From the NCBI GenBank assembly GCA_963695095.1, contig CAVOFT010000001.1, forward strand, positions 2,560,001-2,624,000: a stretch of DNA of 64,000 nt. Direction: 5' to 3'. Under the pieces are notes generated by a model that did no database searches, was not told the origin of the DNA, and saw nothing but the letters and a program-made list of their open reading frames with translations. Shown piece after piece: positions 32,090-43,696 of this stretch (position 1 is the stretch's first letter; each line of letters opens with the position of its first letter). Origin of the DNA: an uncultured bacterium (GTDB lineage Bacteria > Krumholzibacteriota > Krumholzibacteriia > JACNKJ01). The position numbers and the translations under genes were made by a program.

Positions 32090-32098
32090 GGCGGCGCC

Positions 32099-33361
32099 TC
32101 AGTCCTGCGCCACGCGCACGCGCTGGCCGTTGCGGGGCGCGCGCAGGCCGGCCAGCAGCACCTGATCGCCCTCGCTCAGCCCGGCGAGCACGGCCACCTC
32201 GTCGCCCGCGGTTTCGCCGAGGGTGACGACATTGGCGAGCAGCCGCCCCTCGCGCAGCACCCAGACGATCTGCTCGCCGTCCCGCTCGCGCAGCGCGGCC
32301 TGCGGCACGCGCAGGGTCTTCGGGATGACGCGGATGCCGCCGGCTACCTCGCGCTCGAGGAAGGTGACCTTGGCGCCGAGATCGGGGCGGATGCGCGCAT
32401 CGGTCTCGGCGAAGGCCACGCGCACCGGGATGGTGGCGCGATCGCGGTCCGCCGAGGGATAGATGGTGCGGATCGCCGCCGGGAAGTGCACTTCCGGATG
32501 CGCGTCGAGCACGACGTCGGCGGGGCCGCCCACCGCGAGCCGGGCAATGTAGGACTCGTTCACATCCACGCCCACTTCGAGCGTGCCGAGGTCGGCGATG
32601 GTGACCACGGCGCCGGCGCGGGCCGTGCTGCTCGTCATGATGGGGCCGACGATCTCGCCGATCTCGGCGTCCTTGCGCAGCACGACGCCGGCGAAGGGCG
32701 CGGTGATCTTCGTCTTGTCCAGCTCGAGGCGGGCCACCTCGCGGCCGGCCTCGGCCACGCGCAGGGCCGCCGCGGCGGCGGCGCGCTCGGCGCGGGCCAG
32801 GGTGGCTGCGGTCTCGGCGGCCTCGGCCTCTTCGGCGCTCTCCGCCCGCTGCGCGAGCAGGGCGCTGCGCCGCTCGGCGCGCCGGACGGCCTCGGTCTCC
32901 TTCGCCGCGGCCTGATCGAGACGGGCGCGGGCCAGGCCCACGTTCGCCTCGGCCTGGAGGAGGAGCACGCGCTGGTCGTCGTCGATGAGACGGGCCACCA
33001 CCTGGCCCGCCTCCACCCGATCGCCCTCCTCGACGAAGACCTCGGCCAGGCGGCCGGTCGCGCGCGCGGCCACGGAGGCCGCGTGGCGGGCCTCGACGTA
33101 GCCGTTGGCCGTGAGCAGGGCGCCCCCCGCCTCGGCCGGCGTGCCGCCGCCGGCGCGGGCCGTGGCCACCCGCACTTCGGCCGGGCGCAGGAGGAAGGAC
33201 AGCGCGACGGCGAGCAGGACGAGGCCGCCGAGGACGAAGGGCCAGCGCGGACGCCGGCGGCGGGCGCGACGGCGCTCGGCCTCGGGAATGCGCAGGCGCG
33301 CGAGATCGGCGCCGCGCGCGCTCGCGGAGGACGGACTCTCGGGACCGCGAGCGTCGCTCAT
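32099..33361 (-). CDS. Efflux periplasmic adaptor (MacA-like)
   Basis: Single N-terminal TM helix; LTANGYV, ITAPFAGVV, DVNESYI. Confidence 0.88.
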   Translation of the reverse strand: MSDARGPESPSSASARGADLARLRIPEAERRRARRRRPRWPFVLGGLVLLAVALSFLLRPAEVRVATARAGGGTPAEAGGALLTANGYVEARHAASVAARATGRLAEVFVEEGDRVEAGQVVARLIDDDQRVLLLQAEANVGLARARLDQAAAKETEAVRRAERRSALLAQRAESAEEAEAAETAATLARAERAAAAAALRVAEAGREVARLELDKTKITAPFAGVVLRKDAEIGEIVGPIMTSSTARAGAVVTIADLGTLEVGVDVNESYIARLAVGGPADVVLDAHPEVHFPAAIRTIYPSADRDRATIPVRVAFAETDARIRPDLGAKVTFLEREVAGGIRVIPKTLRVPQAALRERDGEQIVWVLREGRLLANVVTLGETAGDEVAVLAGLSEGDQVLLAGLRAPRNGQRVRVAQD

Positions 33362-33410
33362 GGTGGCGCATCTCCCTGGGCGGGCGGGGGGAGCCGTGAG
33401 GATAATGAAA

Positions 33411-33441
33411 CGCCCCTGCGGGAATCAAGCCCGCAGGGGCG
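33411..33441 (-). terminator. Terminator hairpin after tmRNA
   Basis: CGCCCCTGCGGG-N7-CCCGCAGGGGCG followed by TTT on the minus strand. Confidence 0.75.
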
Positions 33442-33453
33442 TCGCTACCGGTC

Positions 33454-33816
33454 GGTGGAGGCGGCGGGAATCGAACCCGCGTCCGAAGAAACGTCCACCA
33501 GTGCATCTACATGCTTAGTCCACAGCTTTGTTTCTCGCCGCGCGCGAGGACGGCGGACGATCCGTCGCGCAGCCAGTCCGGTGTTTCTCGCCCCCTGTCT
33601 CCGGACGCGACAGGAAACCAGCCAGCGGATTATGATACCCGACCCCCACTCCCGCGGCGCAGGTGGGGCGGGCAGGTCACCTAACTAAGTTAGGCGGCCA
33701 GGGCCAAGTTATCGTTGGCAATTGTGTTTTCTCGATCTTGGTAACGGGGCTGAATCGAGAAGTCCCCGGCATGCAGCTCCAGCTTCTTGGATCCCCGTCG
33801 AAACCTGGTCGCCCCC
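33454..33816 (-). ncRNA. ssrA: tmRNA; tag peptide (A)ANDNLALAA* at 33719-33690
   Basis: 5' GGGGGCGACCAGGTTTCGAC; 3' GACGCGGGTTCGATTCCCGCCGCCTCCACC; tag ORF GCC AAC GAT AAC TTG GCC CTG GCC GCC TAA. Confidence 0.95.
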
Positions 33817-33836
33817 GGTTCCTGGATCACCCCCTC

Positions 33837-33865
33837 AATCTAGCCGCGCTTTGGCCCCCTGTCAA
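33837..33865 (-). promoter_or_regulatory. Sigma70 promoter of ssrA
   Basis: TTGACA-N17-TAGATT, about 20 nt before the tmRNA 5' end. Confidence 0.8.
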
Positions 33866-33874
33866 CGCGGGGGC

Positions 33875-36800
33875 TCATTTGAGCAAGACCAACTTCTCGC
33901 TGGCGGTGAAATCCCCCGCCACCATGCGGACGAAATAGACACCGCTGGCCACGCGGGCGCCGGCATCGTCGGTGCCGTTCCAGACCACCTCGTGCTCGGC
34001 GGCCGGCAGCGGCATGTCCACCAGCGTGCGCACGCGGCGGCCGGCGAGGTCGTAGACCACCAGGCGCACCTGCTCCGGCGTGGCGATCGCGAAGTGCAGG
34101 GTGGTCTTCGGGTTAAAGGGGTTCGGGTAGGCGCCGGCAAGTGCGGTGTGCGCGGGCACCGCGTCCGCACCGTCTGGCAAGTAGTTGGGATCGAAGCCGC
34201 AGAGGTAGGCCAGCACATCGCCCACCAGGCGGCGCGGGTAGTCGTAGCCGTCGCCGAGACCAAAGCCCGCGTTCCGGACGTCCTCGTAGTTGAAGGGGTT
34301 GAAGAGCGTCCGGTTGGTGAAGCCAAGGGCGCTGGTGGCGAGGCCGTCGCCATCGGGATCCATGTTGTAGATGCCCGCCTTGGCCTCGCTGCCGCCGGTG
34401 ACCGCCCAGGCGAAGGCCTCCACCGCGAGCGGGTTGGCCGGGTTCGGCTTCACGAGATCGAGGTTCTCGATCGTGGGGCAGCCCGCGGCCACCTCGACGT
34501 AGGGCGTCCGGCCACCGATCGCCAGCGCCGGATGCGTGGCGTAGACGCGCGGCACCTTGATGCCGGTCAGGTCGTCGTAGTAGGTGCCGCTGAGGATGCG
34601 CCAGGCTCCCAGGGTCTCCCGGAGGAAGCTCGGCTCGTCCTCGAGGTCGGTCGCGACCTCGTTGCCCATCACCCAGAGCGCGGTGTTGTGGGCGCTGTTC
34701 GCGAGCCAGTCGTCCAGCAGGACATCGTCGAAGGCGATGTCGTCCGGCAACCCGTTCTGGATCGTGTAGGTGGGCAGGTCGCCGCTGTCCCAGACGATCA
34801 TCTCGTACTGGTCGATGTCGCCGATCTCGGCGCGGCCGCCGAGGCCGTTGTGCAGGCCCGAGCTCGGCGCCTGCGTGGTGTAGACGTCATAGTCCGCGAA
34901 GCCGTTGTAGGCGAAGGCCTCGCGCCAGGGGGCGATCAGGCTGCCGCTGCCCGCATCGGGGTGGCTGGCGTCGTCCACGAAGAGCAGCGTGGCGCCGGCC
35001 GTGGGCAAGCAGCGGAGGATGTAGGTAGCTGCGCAGCAGCGGGTCCGCGCTCTCGGCCCAGAGCGGCTGCGTGTGCCGGCCGCCCGCCGCCGAGTGGGCA
35101 CGGTAGTAGAACTCGATGATGTCCCCCGGCTCGAAGTAGTCGTCCGCGAAGTCGAAGGCGAACTGCGCCCGGCTCGCAGACGCCCTGCTCGCGCGCCGTG
35201 TCGGCGATGGCCACGTTCCAGGTCTCGCCGTTCAGCACCGCGGTGCCGATCCAGGGCGACCAGATGCCGTCGCTGGCGTCGGGGTCGCCCATCGCCGGGT
35301 CGGTGGAGCCCGCGTGCGGCCCGGCCGTCACGCGGGCGTGCAGGTAGAGGCTCGGCCGCACTTCGCCCGGCACGCCGGCGAGATCGGGCGCGATGCCGCC
35401 CTCGGCGTCCATGTTGAGGTCGATCTTGGTCGAGTCGCCGATCACGAGCGTCGTGCTGGTCGTCGGCTGCACGTCGATGGCGCTGTCGATGCGCACCTTG
35501 CCGCTGGCCTCGGGGAAGTTGTCCTGGAAGCGGCGGAAGACGTCCACGTTCCAGGCGACTGAGGTGTTGCCGTTGACGATCATCGCCGAGATCGTGTCGA
35601 AGTAGGGTGCCGGCGTGTGGGGCTCCTCCCCCCCGAAACACCACGCCTCGCACATGTCGATTGCGGTGAAGGCGATGGAGAGTCCCTGCACGTTGCCGCC
35701 GTGCGCCGCTGTCGCCATGCGCAGCGTGTAGTCGAGGAAGGAGTCGCGCCAATCGTCTTCACCGTAGTAGACGGTGTTGTTGTTAACCCAGGAGCTGAGA
35801 CAGGGCGTGCCCTCGACCTGTGCGGCGACGTGCAGCATGTAGAAGACCAAGGTGCTGATCGGCAGGTCGCAGTAGACCATGGCGCGCACGAGGAACGTGC
35901 TGTTCCCGTCAAGCGCGTCGTCGACACTCTGCCCCACCGGATCCCCCAGACCGTGCGCCCGCTCGAAGAGCGGGCTCTGGATGCCGTTGTCGAAGTAGGG
36001 CGGGCCGTAGGGCGTCACGGGGATCGGGTAGTCGGGGTTCGTCGTGTACAGATCGAAGAAGGCCCAGGCGTAGGTGGAGTTGATGATGCAGGGGTCCTCG
36101 GCGAAGAGGTTCTTGTACAGGGCGCCGTAGATGCCGGCGCCTTCCGGATAGGTCGCCGCCAGCGCGGGGAAGTCGGCCTCGACGCCGCTCTCGAAGTCCC
36201 AGGCGACGTCCGGCGCGCCCTCGTAGTCGACGACGAGGTTGTCGATCCACACCGCGCCGATGTCCGTGAGGAAGGAGCCGTCCTCGTCCGACCAGCCGCC
36301 GTCCGACTTGAAGGCGAAGATCAGCTCGTCGACGGCGCCGAAGGCGATGGGACCGTAGTGGATGACGGTGCGCTCGCCGTTCGAGTGATGTTGTAGGCCG
36401 ACTCGATCGGATCGGCGTCGCCGGTGCTTCGCGTAGAGCGTGAAGTAGTCGTAGTCGTCTGCCCTCGAAGTCGCCGATGTAGTCGAACTCCATCGTGCCG
36501 CCGTGGCCGCGGCCGGAACCGTGAGCACCAGCCACTGGCTCCAGTCGGTGCCGTAGCCGTTGGAGTTGAACCAGCCGCAGGCGTTCTCGCGTCCGCACCA
36601 CCAGGCGTAGTCGTTGCCGGCCGTGGGGCCGCCATCGGCGAAGTCATCCACCGACGAGAAGTCCGTGCCGTGCCCGTTGCTCAGGGTGAGCGCCTGCAGG
36701 TGCCAGTAGGTGCCGAGCTGGGCGGTGGCGTCGTAGGTGGTCCAGCCGGCCGTGGTCGGGCCGCCGGCGCCGTTGTCGAAGGTGTAGCCGCGCGCGTTGG

Positions 36801-37008
36801 TGCCCGTCATGCCCCAGGCGCCGGGTCCCGAGGCGGCAAAGAGGAAGAGCGTGTCCGCCCGCGGCGTTGCCGTGCTCACGGGATCCGGCACCGGCGCGAA
36901 GGCGTCGATCATCGGGCGTTCCGCCTGCCCGACCTCTCGCGCCAACCCGAAACCCGCTGTGAGGGTCGCCAGTGCGACAAGCAGAGTCGTCAGGATCCTG
37001 CGCTTCAC
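33875..37008 (-). CDS. Large (~1040 aa) secreted Cys/Asp-rich protein with FlgD-Ig C-terminal domain, paralogue B; several frameshifts
   Basis: Signal peptide from GTG 37008; WWCG..GYG..W, FKSDGGWSDEDG, FQDNFPEASG, YPNPFNP...SEKLVLLK*; colinear with 37111..40222. Confidence 0.75.
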
Positions 37009-37110
37009 GATTCCCCCCTCGGCATCCCCGCCGCACCCAGCGCTCGCGGGTGGTATGTTCGGACCTGTCGCGCGCGTCCGCACCTGCGAGAGTGCTCGCG
37101 CCCGAGCGCC

Positions 37111-40100
37111 TTACTTGAGCATGACCAACTTTTCACTCGCGCGGAAGTCTCCCGCCACCAGACGCGCGAAGTAGACGCCGCTGGCCACGCGGAGGCCGGC
37201 GTCGTCGGTGCCGTCCCAGACCGCTTCGTGCTCGGCCGCCGACAGCGGCATGTCCACCAGCGTGCGCACGCGGCGGCCGGCGAGGTCGTAGACCACCAGG
37301 CGCACCTGAGCCGGCGCGGCCAGCGCGAAGTGCAGGGTTGTCTTCGGGTTGAAGGGATTCGGCGCCGCTCCCGCGAACGCAAAGCGCGCGGGCACCGTGT
37401 CCGCGGCGTCCGGGCTCGCATTGGGCTCGAAGCCGCAGAGCGCCGAAAGCACGTCGCCCACCATCCGCCGCGCATAGTCATAGCCATTGCCAAGGCCGAA
37501 GCCCGCGTCCCAGACCTCGGCATAGCTGAACGGATTGAAGAGCGTGCGGTTCGTCCAGCCGCCGGGACTGGTGGCCAGGCCATTGCCATCCGGATCCTGG
37601 TTGTAGATGCCCGCCTTGGCCTGACTGCCGCCAGTCGCTGCCCAGGCGAAAGCCTCCACCGCGAGCGGGTTGGCCGAGTTCAGCACGACCAGGTCCAGGT
37701 TCTCGATCGACGGGCAGCCCGCGTCCACGGTGAAGTAGGGATCGAGGCCGCCGATCTCCAGGGCGGGGTGCGTCGCGTACACCCTGCGGCATCTTGACGC
37801 CGGTCAGGTCGTCGTAGTAGGTGCCGTTGAGGATGCGCACAGCCCCGAGGGCCTCGTTCAGGAAGCTGGGCTCGTCCGCCAGGTCGGTGGCCACCTCGTT
37901 GCCCATCACCCAGAGGCAGGTGTTGTGGGCGCTGTTCGCAAGCCAGTCGTCCAGCAGGACATCGTCGAAGGCGATGTCGTCCGGCAGCGCGTTCTGGATC
38001 GTGTAGGTGGGCAGGTCGCCGCTGTCCCAGATGATCAGCTCGTACTGGTCGATGTCGCCGATCTCGGCGCGCCCGCCGAGCCCGTTGTGCAGGCCCGAGC
38101 TGGGCGCCTGCGTCGCGTAGATGTCGAAGTCCGTATAACCGTTGTAGGTGAAGGCCTCCTGCCACCAGGGCAAGGTGGTGTTGGCGTCGTCGCAGAAGAG
38201 CATCGTCACCCCGGCCGTGGGCAAGCAGCGCAGGAGGTAGTGCTCGCGCAGCAGCGGGTCCGCGCTCGCAGCCCACAGCGGCCGCGTCGAGACGGTGCCC
38301 AGGGCAGAGATCGCCCGGTAGTAGAACTCCAGGACGTCCCCGGGCTCGAAGTAGTCGTCCGCGAAGTCGAAGGCCCAGGAACCGGGGCTCGGCGTGCCCT
38401 GGTAGCGGGCCGTGTCGGCGATGGCCACATTCCAGGTCTCGCCGTTCACCACCGCCGTGCCGATGTGCGGCGACCAGATGCCGTCGCTGGCGTCGGGATC
38501 ACCCATGGCTGGATCCGTGGAGCCCGCATGCGGGCCGGCCACCACCCGCGCGAGCAGGTAGACGCTGGCCCGCCGCTCGCCGGGCACGCTGACGAGGTCG
38601 GGCTGGATGCCGCCCTCGCCGTTCATGTTCAGGTCGACCCGGGTCGAGTCGCCGATGACGAGCGTGGTGCTGTTGGTGGGCTCGACGTCGATGGCGCTGT
38701 CGATGCGCACCTTGCCGGAGGCCTCGGGGAAGTTGTCCTGGAAGCGGCGGAACTGGTCGATGTTCCAGGCGATCGAGGAGCTGTTCACCAGCATCATGGA
38801 GATCATGTCGAAGTAGGGCGCCGGCGTGTGGTAGGTGCCGTCGCCGTAGGTGTTGCACCAGACGGCGCACTGATCGACCACGCCCAGCCGCACGCCGACA
38901 CCGGTGACGTTGCCGCCCCCGGCCGACATGTTGAGCCGGAGTGTGTAATCGAGAAACCAGTCCTGCCAGCCGTCCTCCCCGTAGAAGAGCGTGTTGTTCG
39001 TGTACCACTGCCCGTAGCAGGGCTGGCCCTCCACCTGCGCAGCCACGTGCAGCTCGTAGAAGACCAGCGTATTCAAAGGCAGGTCGCGATAGACCATGTA
39101 GCGCACGAGGAATTGCGAGTTGGCATCGTGGGCCTCATCCACGCTGAGGCCCACGGGATCGCCGAGCGCGTGCGCACTTCTCGCAGCACCGGACTCAGGA
39201 TGCCGTTGTCGAAGTAGGGCGGGCCGTAGGGCGTCACCGGAATCGGGTACTCGGGGTTGGTCGTGTTGAGATCGAAGAAGGCCCAGGCGTAGGTGGAGTT
39301 GACGATGCACTGATCCTCGGCATACAGGTTCGCGTAGAGCGCGCCGTACATGCCGGCGCCGGGCGCGAAGCTGGCCGCCAGCTCCGGGTAGTTGGCCTCC
39401 ACGCCGTCCTCGAAGTCCCAGGCCACATCCGGCGCACCCGTGTAGTCGATCTCGACGTTGTCCAGCCACACCGCGCCGATGTCCGAGGTGTAGGAGCCGT
39501 CCTCGTCCGACCAGCCGCCGTCGGAGCGGAACTCGAAGATCAGCTCGTCGACGGCGCCGAAGGCGATCGGGCCGTAGTGGCGCACGAGCTGCTCGCCCTC
39601 GACGTTGTTGCTCAACAGCTCGACGGGCTCGTCGCCGCCGGTCTTGGCGTAGAGGGTGAAGGTGTCGTAGCTGTCGCCCTCGAAATCGCCGATGTAGTCG
39701 AACTCGAGCGCGCCCGCCGTAGCCGCCGCGGGCACGGTGAGCACCAGCCACTGGTCCCAGCTATTGCCATAGCCGGTGGGATTCGTCCAGCCACAGGCTT
39801 CCTCGCGGCCGCACCACCAGGCGTAGTCGTTGCCTGCCGTGGGCCCGCCATCGGCGAAGTCATCCGGCGCTGGAGAAGTCCGTGGGATGCCCATCGCTCA
39901 GGGTGAGCGCCTGCAGGTGCCAGTAGGCGGCGTTGTCCGCGGTGCCATCGTAGGGCGTCCAGCCGGCCGGGGCCGAGCCCCCGTTGCCGTCATCGAAGGT
40001 GTAGCCGCGTTCGTTGGTGCCCGGCATGCCCCAGGCGCCGGGGCCCGAGGCGGCGAAGAGAAAGAGCGTGTCGGCCCGCAGCGCCGACGTCGTCACAGTA

Positions 40101-40222
40101 GTGGGCGGCGGGGCGCTGGCGGCGAAGTCCGGACGCGCGTCGGTAAGGACCTCGCGGGCCAAAGCGGCGACGGCGATCAGGACGAGCAGGGAGAACGCAA
40201 GGGTCAGGGAGAGCGTGCGCAT
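37111..40222 (-). CDS. Large (~1035 aa) secreted protein with FlgD-Ig C-terminal domain, paralogue A; frameshifts near 39870, 39180 and 37785
   Basis: Signal peptide MRTLSLTLAF; same motif series as paralogue B; ends APNPFNP...SEKLVMLK*. Confidence 0.75.
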
Positions 40223-40368
40223 CGTCTTACCCCCCAATCAGGCAGCAGAGGTTCCGAGACGGATCGGCCGAGCGAAGCCGATCCTGTCCGCCGCCGGCCC
40301 CCCGGCGATAGGGGGCCTGGAGCGCCGGCACGGACTCGTGTGGGGCAAGCTACTCAACTATAGCTGCT

Positions 40369-42157
40369 TCAGGACTGCCTGTCCACCAGGCGCTCCCAGC
40401 GGAGGTAGAGCGCCGCCAGCTCGGCCCCGAGCGCCTCGAGCCGGGCGCGATCCTGGGCCACTTGAGCGCCGGCCCGCTGGTAGTGGGCAGGATCGGCGAG
40501 CCGCGCGTGCAGGTCCCCCTGCTCGGCCTCCAGGCTCTCGATGCGCCCGGGCAGCGCCTCCAGCTCCCGCTCCTCGCCCCAGCTCAGGCGCTTCGCGGGC
40601 GCGGGGCGCGCTTGCTCTCGCGGGCGGCTGGCGGCCGCCTTGGCGCGCGCGGGCGCCGAGCGCCGGGTGCGGGCCCAGTCCGAGTAGCCCCCCACCGTCT
40701 CGGCCACCGCGCCCGCTCCCTCCAGCACCAGCGTGCTGGTGGTGACGTTGTCCAGGAACTCGCGGTCGTGGCTCACGAGCAGCAGCGTGCCCGGCCAGGC
40801 GACGAGCTGCTCCTCGAGCAGCTCGACCGTCTCCAGGTCCAGGTCGTTGGTGGGCTCGTCGAGCACCAGCAGGTTGGCCGGACGCGCCAGGAGCCGGGCC
40901 AGGAGCAGGCGGTTGCGCTCGCCGCCGGAGAGACGGCTGAGCGGCGAACGCAGCTGCTCCGGGGCGAAGAGGAACTGCTGGAGATAGCGAGGTCACGTGC
41001 ACGCTGCGGCCGCCGACCGTCAGCATCTCGCCGCCCTCGGTCACGTTGTCCTGCACGCTGCGGGCTTCATCCAGCTGGTTGCGCTGCTGGTCGAAGTAGG
41101 CCACCTGGAGGCCCGCGCCCAGCTCCACCGTGCCGCCCTGCGGGGCCAGCTCGCCCAGGATGAGGCGGAGCAGGGTGGTCTTGCCCGAGCCGTTCGGGCC
41201 CAGGATGCCCACCTTGTCGCCGCGCGTGATCACCGTGCTGAAGCCGCGCAGGATCACCTGCTCGCCCCAGGCGAAGTCCACGCCGCGGGCGCGCAGGACC
41301 AGGCGGCCCGAGCGCTCGGCATTCTGCAAGCCCAGCTGCGCGCCGCCGGTTCGCTCGCGGCGGGCCTGGCGTTCAGCCCGCAAGCGCTCCAGCGCCCGCA
41401 CGCGCCCCTCGTTGCGCGTGCGCCGGGCGCGGATGCCCTGGCGCAGCCAGACCTCCTCGGCCGCCAGCTTGCGGTCGAACTCGGCGTTCTGCGCCAGCTC
41501 GACCGCGGAGAGCGCCTCGCGGCGCTCGAGATAGGCGGCGTAGTCGCAGGCCCAGCTGCGCAGGCGCCCGCGATCCAGCTCCAGGATGCGCCCGGCCAGA
41601 GCGCGCAGGAAGGCGCGGTCGTGGGTGACGAAGAAGAGCGCGCCCGGGAAGCGCCGCAGCTCGCCTTCGAGCCAGGCGATGGCGTCGATGTCCAGGTGGT
41701 TGGTGGGCTCGTCGAGGAGGAGCAGGTCCGGCGCCACCACCAGGGCGCGGGCGAGCAGGGCCCGCCGCTTGCCGCCGGTGGAGAGCGTGGCCAGGTCGGC
41801 GTCACCGTCCAGACCGGCCCGCGTGAGGGCCTGCTCCACCAGGTGGGCCTGTTCGGGTCCGGCCGGCGGCAGGCCGGCCGCGGCGAAGCCCGCGGCCACC
41901 GTCTCGCGCACGCCGCCGGCGAGCGGCTCCGGCAGCTCCTGGGGCAAGAGGGCCACGCGCAGGCCCGGGGCGCGGGCGATCTCGCCGGCGTCGGGGGCCA
42001 GCGCGCCCTGGAGGAGGCGAAGCAGGGTGGTCTTGCCGGCGCCGTTGCGCCCCAGCAGGCAGATGCGCTCGCCGCGCTCGATCTGCAGCTGGACGCCGTC
42101 AAGGAGGAGCGGCCCGCCCAGGGCGAGGGAGACGTGCTTGAGGTCGACGAGGGCCAT
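40369..42157 (-). CDS. uup: ABC-F ATPase (Uup-like); frameshift near 40990
   Basis: Two Walker A motifs (GRNGAGKTT, GPNGSGKTT); LDEPTNHLD and LDEPTNDLD; ARRTRNEGRVRAL linker; C-terminal KRLSW.E.REL..LP..IE coiled coil. Confidence 0.85.
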
Positions 42158-42277
42158 GGCGGCAGAAGGTAGAGCAGCGCGCCGGACGGGGCAAGCGACC
42201 CCTCGGGTGGAATGTAGCCGGCACCGCAGTCCAGCCGCTTGCGGACGCTGCGCTCGCGGCACTCGCCAATGCAGCCC

Positions 42278-43540
42278 TCAACGAAGCAGGAGCAGCTTCT
42301 GGTTCGCCTGCAGGCCCGCACCCTCCAGCCGCGCGAGGTAGAGCCCCGTTGGCTGCGCGCGGCCGCTGTCATCCTCGCCGCGCCAGATCAGCTCGTGGTG
42401 CCCTGCGCCGCGGGCCTCGTCGAGCAAGGTCGCGACGCGCCGCCCCGCCGCATCGTGGATGCTCAAGCGCACCCACGCGCCCTCGACGAGCGTGAAGCTC
42501 AGCGTGCTGGCCGGATTGGCCGGATTCGGCCAGGGCGCTTCCAGCCGCAGCCTTGCCGCCGCGAGCGACGGGGCCGCCACCGCGTTCGGCAGGCCAATGA
42601 ACAGGTGCACCAGGCCCTGGTTCGAGCCGACGAGCAGATCCTGGCGGCCATCCCCGTCCCAGTCCCAGGCGAAGGGGCGGGACCGGCCCTGGTCGCCGAG
42701 GTCGATGGGCTGGCTGAGGCTCTCGCAGTGCCCGCCCGCGCCGAAGGCCGGCGCCGCGTGGCTGCCGAGATTGCGATAGAAGTACAGCTCGCCTTCGGAG
42801 TTGCCGCAGATGAGATCCTTGGCGCCGTCGCCGTCGAAATCGGCCACGGAGGGACTCGAATAGCCCAGCGGCACGACGAGCTGGCCGTCGCCGTCCGCGA
42901 TGTAGAGCGTGTGCCGGAAGTCCGGCGGCAGGCCGCCGCCCTCGTTGTAGTAGAGGCGCAGCTTGCCGTCGATGGAGCCCACGAGCAGGTCGAAGCGGCC
43001 GTCCTCGTTCCAGTCCACGATGCAGGGGGTTGCCCGGCCACCCACCGAGATGTCGAACTTGCCTCCGGACGGCCCCACCTGCACGCGGGCGCCGGTGTCG
43101 AAGAGCGGCGCCTCGGCCGTGCCCACGTTGAGGTGGATGTAGACGAAGCCGTCGCTCGTGCCCAGGATCAGATCGGGGAGTTCATCGTCGTTCCACCGCG
43201 CGACGCGCGGCGCCAGGCCCAGGCATCAGCCGCCGGGGTAGTTCAGTTCCCCGGCCGTGGTCTGGAGAAAGCTGAAGTCGCCGAAGCTCGGCGGTCCCGC
43301 CAGACCCTCATTGAGGTAGAGGCGCACCTTGCCGGGGATGAGCCCGCTCCCCTCGCCGACGAGCAGGTCGACGAAGCCGTCGCCATCGAGATCCGCGAGG
43401 CAGGGCACCGAGTGACCGTCGACGATGAGCGTCTCGCCGTGGGCGGGCAGGTCCTGCTCGGCAGCAAACTGGATGAAAGCCGCTGCGGGAGCGGCTGCCA
43501 CCAGGACTGCCAGCGTCAGGAGTGCACGAACTCCAATCAT
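42278..43540 (-). CDS. Secreted FG-GAP/VCBS repeat protein with FlgD-Ig tail; in-frame TGA at 43228-43226 (candidate selenocysteine, U105)
   Basis: ORFs 43226..43540 and 42278..43126 are in the same frame, separated only by TGA; read-through gives YPGG-U-CLGLAPRVARWNDDELPDLILG, completing repeat 2; 420 aa in total. Confidence 0.8.
43195..43228 (-). promoter_or_regulatory. Candidate bacterial SECIS element
   Basis: UGA, then 14 nt, then stem GCCGCGC / loop GUC / GCGCGGU; loop begins 21 nt after the UGA. Confidence 0.5.
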
Positions 43541-43696
43541 TCCTCAGCCTCCTTTCGCCGATCCGCCGATCGACCGACCGAGTATAGCATCTGACGAATG
43601 GCTGAGGCTTCCCCAGGTTCAGAAATGTGCTAGACTGCCTGGCGGGGATGGCGGACCGGCGCTTGCAGCCCCGGGTCCGCCGCGGAGGGGAAGCCG

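Noticed and set aside
33362..33454. Prophage or island integrated at the tmRNA 3' end
   Set aside because: Followed directly by a terminator and a host-like ABC operon; no integrase.
43226..43228. Genome-wide UGA reassignment (code 4 or 25) as the explanation for the in-frame TGA
   Set aside because: Many genes here clearly terminate at TGA (e.g. 2014, 5738, 14451, 22413), including ATGA overlaps.
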